Below the pieces are notes generated by a model, which ran no database searches, was not told the DNA's origin, and saw only the letters and a list, made by a program, of their open reading frames with translations. This document shows positions 1 to 9,060 of a DNA stretch of 38,258 nt, one piece after another. The stretch spans positions 1-38,258 of the IMG/VR virus record IMGVR_UViG_3300003432_000009. The stretch is one strand, 5' to 3'. How positions within the stretch are numbered: position 1 is the first letter of the stretch; the number at the start of each line of letters is the position of its first letter. Origin of the DNA: a virus (lineage: Duplodnaviria > Caudoviricetes). A program made the position numbers and the translations under genes.

Positions 1-58
1 TCTTAGCAGTATAACCTTCATTGACAAAAGGATGTTAATAGTGTAATACTACCCTTAT

Positions 59-559
59 ATGGGAAATAACTCAATAGATGCTATAACTCCTGATTTACCG
101 AAAGCTAATGAAATTAAACTCCGTAATGATGATGATCCAATGGGTGAATTATTACCCAGACAAAGAAGGTTTTTAAAAAGATTTCTTAAAACTCATAGTA
201 GAGTTGAGGCTTGGAAACACGTTTATCGTTGTAAATCGGATGAGTCAGCGTTGGTGGCGGTTAATAGATTTCTTCATGCTCATCCAGAGGTTGTTGATTG
301 GTTATACCAGTTAGCCGGAGTTACCGATGATGCAATAGCTACTGTTGTAACCGATGGATTTAAAGCCGAATCAATGAGTCTGGATAAAGAAGGAAATGAA
401 CATTACCATAAAGATCACTATGCAAGATTCAAGGCTGTTGAGTTGGGACTTAGACTTAGAGGTCAGGATAAGGGAAAAGGAAATGGAAACACCATGAATA
501 TCCAGATCATCAGCGATGCTAAAGCAGGTGTTTTTAAAATTATAGAAGGAGAAGAATAA
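59..559 (+). CDS. terS: Terminase small subunit
   Basis: N-terminal HTH-like segment (RQRRFLKRFLKTHSRVEAWKHVY...AVNRFL), C-terminal DHYARFKAVELGLRLRG helix, position upstream of terL. Confidence 0.75.
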   Translation: MGNNSIDAITPDLPKANEIKLRNDDDPMGELLPRQRRFLKRFLKTHSRVEAWKHVYRCKSDESALVAVNRFLHAHPEVVDWLYQLAGVTDDAIATVVTDGFKAESMSLDKEGNEHYHKDHYARFKAVELGLRLRGQDKGKGNGNTMNIQIISDAKAGVFKIIEGEE

Positions 560-569
560 CACCCCCACT

Positions 570-795
570 GGAATCTAAGAAGATTCCTACCCCCTCTAAG
601 GGGGTCGTAATTTAAAAAATTTCTTTAATTAGAAGTTAACAACCAATAGGGAGCTATTAAGTAAAGTACTTAATTTTCTATAAACGGTGGATTCAGTTTT
701 CTCTCTGACCGTCTGCACCCAGTATTATCAGCGTATTTTCTTCCAAGTTCCGTTTGGTAATACGGTTCTACGCTGGTTTATGCGTTTAGGTTCGC
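570..795 (-). other. Hairpin-dense non-coding region between terS and the antisense membrane-protein gene
   Basis: Inverted repeats at 570-587, 589-605, 656-674, 682-714 and 729-775. Confidence 0.5.
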
Positions 796-1083
796 TTATA
801 TCATAATTGCCGAATAAAAATTAATTCCAATTACAATTAGGTTGACAATTAAAAATCCTTTGACTGCTATTTTAGTTATTGGAGATATCCGGTAAATTAG
901 AGAGATTAAGATAAAAAATAGAATTATATTTAAAAGCGAAAACAGGGGAAAACCGAGAAGATTAATAAAGTAAGCGGAGATTGGATTGCCTTCAATTGTG
1001 CTTCCCGCCCCATATTTATCAAAAGCTATCTTGGTGGATAGTATGTCTAAGAACCTGATGATAAGTATGAGTGCGTATGGCAT
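796..1083 (-). CDS. Small multi-pass membrane protein (DUF5658-like)
   Basis: About three hydrophobic helices, LDILST...G...EGNP motif, own promoter and structured leader upstream. Confidence 0.7.
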   Translation of the reverse strand: MPYALILIIRFLDILSTKIAFDKYGAGSTIEGNPISAYFINLLGFPLFSLLNIILFFILISLIYRISPITKIAVKGFLIVNLIVIGINFYSAIMI

Positions 1084-1164
1084 AAAAAAACAGTCTTAGG
1101 TGTGCGCCAAGAGGCGATGTGTGCCTATTTGCACACCCCTAAAACTGTTCACATCTTTCCTGGC
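1084..1164 (-). promoter_or_regulatory. Structured 5' leader (A1-B1-linker-A2-B2-U tract-AUG)
   Basis: A1 1164-1150 pairs with A2 1121-1106; B1 1149-1131 pairs with B2 1105-1089. The wobble positions are G-U on the minus strand. Confidence 0.65.
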
Positions 1165-1170
1165 ACTTAT

Positions 1171-1214
1171 ATTATAACAGATCTTGTCAAGTGATTGCAA
1201 TACTGTGGTATACT
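1171..1214. promoter_or_regulatory. Overlapping divergent sigma70-type promoters
   Basis: Minus strand: TTGCAA (1200-1195), 18-nt spacer, TGnTATAAT (-10 at 1176-1171). Plus strand: extended -10 TGgTATACT (1206-1214), 10 nt before the terL ATG at 1225. Confidence 0.6.
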
Positions 1215-1224
1215 CTTTGTTAAC

Positions 1225-2604
1225 ATGATCCGTTACGAGGCATCTCCCAAGCAACAACTTTTCCATCATGCCACTGCTGACGAGGTATTTTTTGGAGGCG
1301 CAGTGGGTGGCGGTAAATCCTTCGCTATTTTATGGGATGCAGTATTTTTCTGTATCAATAATAAAAATGTTACCGCAGCCATCTTCCGAAGAACCTATCC
1401 CGAACTGGAAAAATCAATTATTCTTGAGGCGTTACGGGTAATTCCTATTACTTGGTATACCTACAATAAAAAAGAACACCGGATGTATTTTAAAGCCACC
1501 GGTTCAATATTGGAATTTAATTATTGCCAGTACGATCAGGATGTCTACCAATTCCAATCAGCGCAGTATGCCCGGGAATATTTTGACGAACTGACCCATT
1601 TTAATAAATTCCAGTATATTTACCTGCTTTCCCGGTTACGACACGCAGTTAGTGAAGGAGAAACACCGTTTAAGCTACAGGCAAAATCCGGTAGCAATCC
1701 GGGTAATGTCGGACATGAGTGGGTTAAAAATAGATTTATCAAAGACCAAATCCCCGGAAATATAGAAATACGGACCGACCCGGAAACCGGATCTTCCTAT
1801 ACTACGCAGTATATTCCTTCAAGACTTCACGACAACACGTATCTGATGCAGGATGATTCCTATGTAAAGAACCTGATGAAATTGGACAAGGAAGATCGCA
1901 AAGCTCTGCTTGAGGGTGATTGGGATATTCTCAAAGGGCAATTTTTTGAGGAATGGCGGTACGATCTTCATGTTTGTGAACCAACTACGATACCTGAATG
2001 GTGGACCCATATCCGTTGTATGGATTGGGGATATGCTAAACCGGCCTGTGTTTTATGGTTGGCGTTTTCGCCGGAAGGAGATTGTTATGTTTATCGTGAG
2101 TTATCTGTTACTAAAACTTCTGATACTGAACTTGCAGCCAAGATTAAAGATCTTACCGGAAAACAGCACATCCAATATACGGTTGCAGACCCTTCAATCT
2201 GGTCTATTACCCAGTATGAACGGGGTGAATCAGTCGCATATCGTTTATCTTCCGAAGGAGTTGATGTTATCAAAGGAGATAACAACCGGATATCAGGTTG
2301 GAATGTCATTCACTCTTATCTTAGGTGTGATGAAAAAACCGATGTAAAACCTAAACTTCACGTCTTTTCCACGTGTTCATATCTGATTGAATCATTACCG
2401 GGTCTTATTCATGACGAACATCACCCTGAAGATCTTGATACGCACGGTGACGATCATGCTGCTGATGCACTTAGATATGGTTTGATGACAAAACCAATGA
2501 TTCCTAAAAAACCAAGCATCAATCCACCAACTGGATCTATGGAATATTTTTTAAAAAAAGCTCGTGATGAAAGAAGGGAGAAGGGTTATGTCGGTACAAT
2601 CTAA
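1225..2604 (+). CDS. terL: Terminase large subunit
   Basis: Walker A GGAVGGGKS, Walker B YFDELTHF, SNPG coupling motif, nuclease motifs MDWGY and DDHAADALRY. ATG at 1225 preferred over the TTG at 1195. Confidence 0.97.
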   Translation: MIRYEASPKQQLFHHATADEVFFGGAVGGGKSFAILWDAVFFCINNKNVTAAIFRRTYPELEKSIILEALRVIPITWYTYNKKEHRMYFKATGSILEFNYCQYDQDVYQFQSAQYAREYFDELTHFNKFQYIYLLSRLRHAVSEGETPFKLQAKSGSNPGNVGHEWVKNRFIKDQIPGNIEIRTDPETGSSYTTQYIPSRLHDNTYLMQDDSYVKNLMKLDKEDRKALLEGDWDILKGQFFEEWRYDLHVCEPTTIPEWWTHIRCMDWGYAKPACVLWLAFSPEGDCYVYRELSVTKTSDTELAAKIKDLTGKQHIQYTVADPSIWSITQYERGESVAYRLSSEGVDVIKGDNNRISGWNVIHSYLRCDEKTDVKPKLHVFSTCSYLIESLPGLIHDEHHPEDLDTHGDDHAADALRYGLMTKPMIPKKPSINPPTGSMEYFLKKARDERREKGYVGTI

Positions 2605-2911
2605 TTTTAGTATTATCAGGGATAAAAAACCTGCCACTGAAAAGTGGACTGTTTTGGAATTAGGAGTCAGAAAGTTGATTGCTTCTAATTTTAAGGATTT
2701 TAATGATTTTTACGTCATTTCCAATATTAAAAAGTATAAACCGTCAATGGATGAGTCAATTTTTAATCAAAAGATCGGGAAAACTGCGGAAATTGTAGAA
2801 GTTTACTGGAAAGGCAACTATATTTGCGATATTTCCGTGTTTGATACACCGGAAAAAGCCCTCACAAATATAAATGACCGGATGATAGATTTTATTAAAA
2901 AGAAAGGATGA
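2588..2911 (+). CDS. Hypothetical protein
   Basis: ATG at 2588 with purine-rich SD-like sequence; overlaps the terL end. Confidence 0.7.
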   Translation: MSVQSNFSIIRDKKPATEKWTVLELGVRKLIASNFKDFNDFYVISNIKKYKPSMDESIFNQKIGKTAEIVEVYWKGNYICDISVFDTPEKALTNINDRMIDFIKKKG

Positions 2912-2914
2912 AAT

Positions 2915-3181
2915 ATGTTATTTATTGCACCCATAGAAACTCCACCTGATGGTTTTACTGGTTTAGAAAAGATATTTTTACGGGATATGGTGATTGATTT
3001 TTATAAACTCATACCAAACGTCAAGGATAAATTTATTTTTCTGGCTGTTTTAGAAATGGGTTATAATGAAGATGTGGTTGGAAAAATGTTAAATAAATCT
3101 CAAAATAATATTTCCGCCAGACTGACTAAAATTAAAGAAAGAATCCGTAAACATCATTTGAAACAGGATAAAATCTGCTGA
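2915..3181 (+). CDS. Stand-alone sigma-70 region 4-like HTH protein (putative late transcription factor)
   Basis: IPNVKDKFIFLAVLEMGYNEDVVGKMLNKSQNNISARLTKIKERIRK follows the sigma4 pattern (LPxxxRxxFxL...GxxxxEIAxxLxxSxxxVxxRLxRxxxxLR). No region 2 is present. Confidence 0.75.
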   Translation: MLFIAPIETPPDGFTGLEKIFLRDMVIDFYKLIPNVKDKFIFLAVLEMGYNEDVVGKMLNKSQNNISARLTKIKERIRKHHLKQDKIC

Positions 3182-3194
3182 TTTAATGTATGAT
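3166..3194 (+). promoter_or_regulatory. Phage late-type promoter copy 1 (GGATAA-N17-TATGAT), portal
   Basis: Exact 17-nt spacer; ATG follows 8 nt after the -10; no SD. Confidence 0.75.
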
Positions 3195-3202
3195 GATTTT
3201 AT

Positions 3203-5191
3203 ATGGCAAAAACTATGTCAACTTCTAAAGTGGAACCCAACGAAGATTTGTTGAATCTATTAAATGTTCGTGTTTCATTGGGCCGTAAGTTTTCCAAGAA
3301 CAATATTGAGGATATTAAAAAATGGGAGAAGGATTATAACATTACGACCATCCACGATGCCAAATTTACTAATCTGGACAATCAAATTCAGATTCCCTAT
3401 ATATTCTCTACGGTTGAATCAGGTACGGCTAATCTATTTGAGAAGTTTCCCTCAATCATAATGAAGCAACGGGGTAAAGAGGATCGGGAATTTACTGATT
3501 TTTCCGAACAGGTTTGGGAATGGTTAAAAGATAAATTAGGACTTGAAGAAAAGGTTGAAGATGCCGGAATGACATTCTTAAATGACGGTCAGGTAAGTTC
3601 ACGTTATGGATGGAATCCCGAAACGATTGAAATTGATATGCCCGTTAATGATCCCGCCACGGGTCAACCGGTAATTGATCCGTTAACCGGACAACCTACT
3701 ACCCAAAAAGTAACCGTACCGGCTAAAAACTATCCATATTTATGCAATCTCACCTGTAAAACTATCTTTTTCTCACCGGAATCAAAATTTGTGCTTGATG
3801 ATGAAGAAAATCTGATCCCTTATGCCTATTGGGTTGAAGCAATCACTAAAGATGCTGCGGAGGAACAGTATGGGATTACAGTTGAGGATGAAGAACTGGA
3901 AACGATAAAGATGGATGAAATAGAAAAGCCGGAATTAGGCGTTAAGTTAACACCGGATGAACAGTTGCGGGAATCAGATGATCTAAAACGGGTAAAAATA
4001 TACAGTTATGTCGGAGTGTTACCTAAAGATAAGATTACCGATAAAGACTTAAAAGCCAATCATAAATCCGATTTTGTTTATTATACGGTATTTACCAAAA
4101 AGAAAATTATCAGTCAGCCTATCCATATTGAGAAAAAACCCATCCTGAATTTAGGCCATTATGGCCTTTCTTCAACATTTTTCCGCTTTGGTGAAGCCAA
4201 AATACTACGGGAACTGGAACAGGATATTTCGCTTGGTCGTTCACGGATCATGGATTTGCGGGACAGGCAGGGAACTAAAATTGGAGTTCCACAGGGAACT
4301 GAATTTGATGAGGATTCATTTAAGAAATCCAGAGATTATACGTTCATGCGGTTTATAGGTAATAATCCTCCCCAATATATTAATCCACCACCGATTCCAG
4401 ATACGATAATGGCTTCAATTCAGATGAGCCGTGATGACGTGCAGATGACCAGTGCTACAATGGATATTTCCAGAGCCGGAGATACTAATACAGTTAATAC
4501 TGCAACAGGTCAAAAGATATTTTCCGGTGAAACCCAGAAACGGAATGGTAAGAAAAAGAAAAAAATTGCCCGTTATTTAAGGGCAATTGCTAAAAACCTA
4601 TTAGTTCTTTGCGGTCAGAATTGGGATGAAGATATCATGTCCAAAATTACCGATATCCCGGCAGAAGTTATTAAACAACAAGGTTGGAAACAGAAATTAG
4701 CTGATTTAGGAAATGACTATGATGTAGATATTGATATTGATTCAATGGGAGATACTAAAGAAACGGACGCAGCTAACTCAATTGCCATGTATCGGGAAAT
4801 GAAGGACAGTCCTTATGTTAATCAGGAAGAATTGATTAAATGGACATTTAAGACCGGATTTAAACAAAAAGATTCCGACAGATTTATGTCCAGTTATGTA
4901 TCACCGGACACTATCATGTCAGTCGTGAAATATCTATTGGAAAATCAGATACTTCAACAGGAAGATGCCCAGATGATTGTAGATAAATTGGATATGATGA
5001 TGGCCGAGCAGCAACAGAGTCAAACTGGACAACCTGCGGGTGGAGTTGGAGCCAATGAGGGTAGACCACCAACTGCTTCGCCAACTGCGATTGTAAAAAA
5101 GAGTATGCCGGGAAGCAATGCAACTCAAATGACGGCTCAAAGACAAGCAGCGTATAAACAGACTAACGTACCGAAAGGTCCACAAAAGTGA
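3203..5191 (+). CDS. Portal protein
   Basis: 662 aa directly after the terminase module; helical portal-like motifs (IPYIFSTVE, TATGQKI, YDVDIDIDS); low-complexity Q/P-rich C-terminus. Confidence 0.85.
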   Translation: MAKTMSTSKVEPNEDLLNLLNVRVSLGRKFSKNNIEDIKKWEKDYNITTIHDAKFTNLDNQIQIPYIFSTVESGTANLFEKFPSIIMKQRGKEDREFTDFSEQVWEWLKDKLGLEEKVEDAGMTFLNDGQVSSRYGWNPETIEIDMPVNDPATGQPVIDPLTGQPTTQKVTVPAKNYPYLCNLTCKTIFFSPESKFVLDDEENLIPYAYWVEAITKDAAEEQYGITVEDEELETIKMDEIEKPELGVKLTPDEQLRESDDLKRVKIYSYVGVLPKDKITDKDLKANHKSDFVYYTVFTKKKIISQPIHIEKKPILNLGHYGLSSTFFRFGEAKILRELEQDISLGRSRIMDLRDRQGTKIGVPQGTEFDEDSFKKSRDYTFMRFIGNNPPQYINPPPIPDTIMASIQMSRDDVQMTSATMDISRAGDTNTVNTATGQKIFSGETQKRNGKKKKKIARYLRAIAKNLLVLCGQNWDEDIMSKITDIPAEVIKQQGWKQKLADLGNDYDVDIDIDSMGDTKETDAANSIAMYREMKDSPYVNQEELIKWTFKTGFKQKDSDRFMSSYVSPDTIMSVVKYLLENQILQQEDAQMIVDKLDMMMAEQQQSQTGQPAGGVGANEGRPPTASPTAIVKKSMPGSNATQMTAQRQAAYKQTNVPKGPQK

Positions 5192-5201
5192 GGTGATCTG
5201 T

Positions 5202-5354
5202 ATGGCAGTAATTCAAGGCAAAGGTAATTCAAACAGACCGGATTATGTTCCAACCGGAAAAAGTCATCCAGTAGATACTAAAACAGTAGATACTGAAGAA
5301 AAATCACCAGTAGATAAAGGTAAAGATTTTGTTAAAACCGGAGAGAAGGCGTGA
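5202..5354 (+). CDS. Small hypothetical protein (50 aa, not in the ORF track)
   Basis: GAGGTGA SD; MAVIQGKGNSNRPDYVPTGK...GEKA; fills the operon gap. Confidence 0.65.
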   Translation: MAVIQGKGNSNRPDYVPTGKSHPVDTKTVDTEEKSPVDKGKDFVKTGEKA

Positions 5355-5355
5355 T

Positions 5356-5505
5356 ATGCCATACGTTTCGGAAAAGCAAAGGAAATTCATGTATAGTCAG
5401 CACCCTGAGATAGCTGCCCGGTGGGATGCGGAGGGTAAAAACTATATTGAAAAGAAAAAGAAAAAAACATTTCAGGATCATATGAAAGATATGATTAAAA
5501 AATAA
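5356..5505 (+). CDS. Small basic phage protein (49 aa, not in the ORF track)
   Basis: MPYVSEKQRKFMYSQHPEIAARW..., resembling the MPFxSxKQRxxM...PxxAxxW small proteins often seen near phage portals; tightly packed with its neighbours. Confidence 0.7.
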   Translation: MPYVSEKQRKFMYSQHPEIAARWDAEGKNYIEKKKKKTFQDHMKDMIKK

Positions 5506-5506
5506 T

Positions 5507-6292
5507 ATGAATTTTATAGACCGGGTAAAACAATTATTGGAATTTAAAAAACAGGAACAGTATAAAAAACAGGGGATTGTTACCCCCCTTCCGACAGTTC
5601 AAGATCCTCAGTTTAAAATTGTAGAAGATACTCCAAGTGCAATTCGGGGTTTTCAACAGACTGCTACTGATTTCGGTAATGCAGTAATTAATAAATTTCC
5701 TGATTGGGCTAAACCGCAGCAGGTAAGGGCAACTTTTGAAGATAAGATCAGACCATTTTTAACTCCGACTTCTATAAAGTCAAATTCAATTTCTGTACCA
5801 ACTGCATCTCCTACTCCTACTCCAACTCCAATAATGACAACAAACCGGGTGGACCCAATTACACCACAGAATATTCCCAGTACTTATTATACTAACCGTA
5901 ATAGTAAAATTGAACCTAAACTTTGGGATGCAATAAATACGGCATCACCAACAGGAGATTTACAATTAAATGATTTTATGAAACGGATGGCACTTGCATT
6001 AGCAACTCAGGAATCCGGTGGAGGATATACTCTTGAAGGAGATAATGGCAAGTCTATGGGTCCATATCATATTCAACGTGAATCAGTGCCAGTTGCAGAC
6101 AGATATAATCCTGACACCTCAACCAAACTTGTATTTCAGGAAATGATAAGAAATATGTTAAAAAATGGAGTACCAAAAGAAAAATCTTTGCGTACATGGA
6201 ATTGGAATAGCGGTTATGGAAATAATGGCCCCAAATATAATGTAGATATTCCTCAAATGGCTACTACAAGCAGTTTTTATAAAGGTTTATGA
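5507..6292 (+). CDS. Lysozyme/lytic transglycosylase-like protein with PT-rich linker
   Basis: LALATQESGG (catalytic Glu-Ser), GDNGKSMGPYHI, later WN motif; PTPTPTP linker. Confidence 0.6.
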   Translation: MNFIDRVKQLLEFKKQEQYKKQGIVTPLPTVQDPQFKIVEDTPSAIRGFQQTATDFGNAVINKFPDWAKPQQVRATFEDKIRPFLTPTSIKSNSISVPTASPTPTPTPIMTTNRVDPITPQNIPSTYYTNRNSKIEPKLWDAINTASPTGDLQLNDFMKRMALALATQESGGGYTLEGDNGKSMGPYHIQRESVPVADRYNPDTSTKLVFQEMIRNMLKNGVPKEKSLRTWNWNSGYGNNGPKYNVDIPQMATTSSFYKGL

Positions 6293-6552
6293 AAAAACAA
6301 AATGATTGGAAATATGCCGGAGGAACCGGAGTTTGGACTGAATTTAAAAATATCAAGACCGGAGAATCCACGATTGGTAGTTTAGGCAAGCTATCGGAAA
6401 TTCCTGATAGTACTAATTTTAACTGCGATCACTATTGGGAACTACTTGATCCACATGAGTCATCAATCCAATGTCAAAAATGCCGATTAGGCAAGACAAT
6501 TATCTGGGGTATACAGATACTTCGTGATGGAAAACTTATTCAAAACGGATAA
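6289..6552 (+). CDS. Hypothetical protein, probable Zn-binding
   Basis: CDH...CQKC motif; ATGA overlap with the upstream gene. Confidence 0.65.
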   Translation: MKKQNDWKYAGGTGVWTEFKNIKTGESTIGSLGKLSEIPDSTNFNCDHYWELLDPHESSIQCQKCRLGKTIIWGIQILRDGKLIQNG

Positions 6553-6575
6553 ATTATTAAATTCCCTGTTATGAT
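6547..6575 (+). promoter_or_regulatory. Phage late-type promoter copy 2 (GGATAA-N17-TATGAT), scaffold/capsid
   Basis: Exact 17-nt spacer, TGn before the -10. Confidence 0.75.
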
Positions 6576-6648
6576 TAATTTGAGGATGAGCTATCGTGTA
6601 GGTAATTCATATTTAGTGAACAATGCCAAACCATGAACTCATATATAT

Positions 6649-7479
6649 ATGGATGCAATTGATACAACCACGGGGAATCCGATAAAAGTAGATGATGGAC
6701 AAACCCCAGAGGAAGTAGAAACGCAACCAGAGGATGATACGATGGTTGAATTAGAAACGGATAAAACTCCGTCAACCGAAATAAAACCATCAGCACCTTC
6801 ACAAATTCTTGATCCAATCACTGAACTTGAAAAAGTCCAGGGATTAGACCCAAAAGTCAAAGAACTTTTGAAATCGGGTTTCATGCGTCAGGTGGATTAC
6901 ACCAAAAAGACACAGGAAATAGCCGAGATTAGGAAGGAACATGACCGTTTAGTGGCTGAAAGGGAAAATGCAAACAGACTACCGGTAAAAACTGAAGATA
7001 AACCTACAGAGGTTGAATTTTCGGATGATCCGAAGGAGTTTGCTAAACAGTTAGAGGAACGGGCAGTAAATAAAGCGTTGGATATAATTCGGGGAGAAAT
7101 TAAATCCCAGAATGAAAACAATGAAAAAATTACCCATTTCAATAATGATGTTGATGAAGCCAGTAAACTAGATGCCCGTTTGACAACTGATGACTCGTTT
7201 GCCACCAGAATAGCTGGAATTATCCAAGTGAAATATGCGGAGAATATTAAATCCGGCAGTATGACAGTTAAAGAAGCCACTCAAAAGGCTTTGGATGAAG
7301 ATAAGGCTTATGAGGAATCAGTCAGACAGAAAACTTTGTCTGATGTCACGGATAAAACCAAAAAACGGACAATGGTAATACCGAAAGGTAATGGATCGTC
7401 TACGGAAACTGCGCCAAAGACCCACGCCAGAACTATGCAGGAAGCAGCAGCGATGGCGGAGGAAGAATTAAGCAGATAG
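6649..7479 (+). CDS. Capsid scaffolding protein
   Basis: Acidic N-terminus, GFMRQVDYTKKTQEIAE motif, coiled coil, immediately upstream of the capsid gene. Confidence 0.85.
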   Translation: MDAIDTTTGNPIKVDDGQTPEEVETQPEDDTMVELETDKTPSTEIKPSAPSQILDPITELEKVQGLDPKVKELLKSGFMRQVDYTKKTQEIAEIRKEHDRLVAERENANRLPVKTEDKPTEVEFSDDPKEFAKQLEERAVNKALDIIRGEIKSQNENNEKITHFNNDVDEASKLDARLTTDDSFATRIAGIIQVKYAENIKSGSMTVKEATQKALDEDKAYEESVRQKTLSDVTDKTKKRTMVIPKGNGSSTETAPKTHARTMQEAAAMAEEELSR

Positions 7480-7505
7480 TATTAAAAATTAAATAGGAGA
7501 ATAAT

Positions 7506-8468
7506 ATGGCAGATGTCAATTTAGGTATCTTGCTATCAACTACTCTCAAAAACTATCGCACAAACTTAGTAGATAATATCTTCAAGTCCAATGCGGTATT
7601 TATGATGCTCAAAGAAAAAGGAGCAACTAAAGAGTTAGATGGTGGCGAACGCATAGTTCAACCCCTCATGTATGGAAAAAATACAACTGCGGGTTCGTAC
7701 AGTGGATATGATCCATTGGATACGACTCCCCAAGCTGGTATTGATGCAGCGGAATTTAACTGGAAACAGTACGCTGTGTCCATCACCATTTCGGGTGAGG
7801 AAGAACGTAAAAATGCTGGTAGTAAAACCAGAATTATCAATCTTCTGGAAGCAAAAACCAACCAAGCGGAACTTTCCCTTCGGGAAGCACTTGGGACTGG
7901 ACTGTTTTCGGATGGAACTGGTAATGGGTCAAAAGATCTGACTGGTATTAAAGCTATGGCTGCTTCATCGGGTACATACGGTGGGATTAATTCCACTACG
8001 TATGACTGGTGGCAAGCATACGTCAATGGTAGTTTAACTACTTTGACGGTAGCTGCTATGCGGGTGGGATATAACACCTGTTCAGTCGGTGGAAGTGATA
8101 CACCGGACCTGATTGTGACGACACAAGCCGTCTATCAGTTCTATGAAGCGTTACTGACTAATTTTAACGCCAATGTATCGTTCTATACACCGTCACCGGA
8201 CCAGAAAAAATTAGGTGATGCCGGATTCCAGTCTTTGGGATTCAAAGGTCGCCCGATTGTCTGGGATGAACTTTGTACAGCAGGATATATGTATTTCCTG
8301 AATACGAAGCACATGAAGTTAGTTATCCATAGTGATGCTAATTTCAAGACTACAGCGTTCGTAAAACCTGAAAACCAGGATGCACGAGTCGCCCAAGTCT
8401 TATTCATGGGTAATCTTACCTGTGATCGGAGAAAATCGTTTGGTGTAATGTATACAATCGCTGCTTAA
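7506..8468 (+). CDS. Major capsid protein
   Basis: 320 aa, AGGAG SD, GGERIVQPLMY...SYSGYD...AEFNWKQ...ISGEE pattern typical of podovirus-type capsids; position after scaffold. Confidence 0.92.
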   Translation: MADVNLGILLSTTLKNYRTNLVDNIFKSNAVFMMLKEKGATKELDGGERIVQPLMYGKNTTAGSYSGYDPLDTTPQAGIDAAEFNWKQYAVSITISGEEERKNAGSKTRIINLLEAKTNQAELSLREALGTGLFSDGTGNGSKDLTGIKAMAASSGTYGGINSTTYDWWQAYVNGSLTTLTVAAMRVGYNTCSVGGSDTPDLIVTTQAVYQFYEALLTNFNANVSFYTPSPDQKKLGDAGFQSLGFKGRPIVWDELCTAGYMYFLNTKHMKLVIHSDANFKTTAFVKPENQDARVAQVLFMGNLTCDRRKSFGVMYTIAA

Positions 8469-8483
8469 TAGCGATTTAGGATC

Positions 8484-8573
8484 GGAGGGGAAGCCAAAAA
8501 CTTCCCCTCCACCTTTCAACAAAACAGCAACACTCGTTGTGTTAGTGAAGAAAAGGTCCAGCCTGACTGGACC
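8484..8573 (+). other. Intercistronic hairpins after the capsid gene
   Basis: GGAGGGGAAG/CTTCCCCTCC 10-bp stem (8484-8510) and GGTCCAG/CTGGACC (8555-8573); no strong U tract. Confidence 0.55.
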
Positions 8574-8598
8574 GAACAAGAAAGGAGATGAATAAATT

Positions 8599-9039
8599 AT
8601 GCAATTCAAAAAGTTAAATCGTGATGGTGCGGAAAATGTATTCCGTACAGTTCTTAACGTAGAGGGAGCCACAATTACTACCGGTCGGGCAGTTTCAATT
8701 AAACCGACAGGTGTATCCAATGACGGAATTTCGGCAGTTATCGCCAATGCTGCTGCTGATTATCCAGGTTTTGTGGGTATTGCCACTCAAGATATTGCCA
8801 ATAACGACTATGGACTCATCCAGACATCGGGATTTGTGCAATCAGTGTATTTGTCACAGGAAGTCGGTTCGTTAACCGTTAATGCGGGTGATCCGATGGT
8901 TCCATCTGGTTTAGGTGGATTTGCGTCAGCAGCTCCAACTTATGCCAACAGCGGATTCAAATATGTTATCGCTGCATCCAACATTCCTTTAGTCATGTCT
9001 GCTGCAACTTTTGCCAGTGGCTTGATAAAGATGCTTTAA
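8599..9039 (+). CDS. Capsid decoration/cement protein
   Basis: Small G/A-rich beta protein after the capsid gene (FVGIATQDIANNDYGLIQTSG); AAGGAG SD. Confidence 0.65.
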   Translation: MQFKKLNRDGAENVFRTVLNVEGATITTGRAVSIKPTGVSNDGISAVIANAAADYPGFVGIATQDIANNDYGLIQTSGFVQSVYLSQEVGSLTVNAGDPMVPSGLGGFASAAPTYANSGFKYVIAASNIPLVMSAATFASGLIKML

Positions 9040-9050
9040 TGTGGTATGGT
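9022..9050 (+). promoter_or_regulatory. Host sigma70-type promoter for the glycosylation cassette
   Basis: TTGATA (9022-9027), 17-nt spacer, TGgTATGGT (-10 at 9045-9050). Confidence 0.5.
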
Positions 9051-9060
9051 GATATTACAA

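Noticed and set aside
21-50. Firm sigma70 promoter call for terS
   Set aside because: TTGACA is present at 21-26, but the best -10 candidates are at non-optimal spacing or lack the final T. Plausible but not listed as a feature.
8440-8520. Programmed frameshift or readthrough extension of the major capsid protein
   Set aside because: No slippery heptamer near the end, and tandem TAA-TAG stops.
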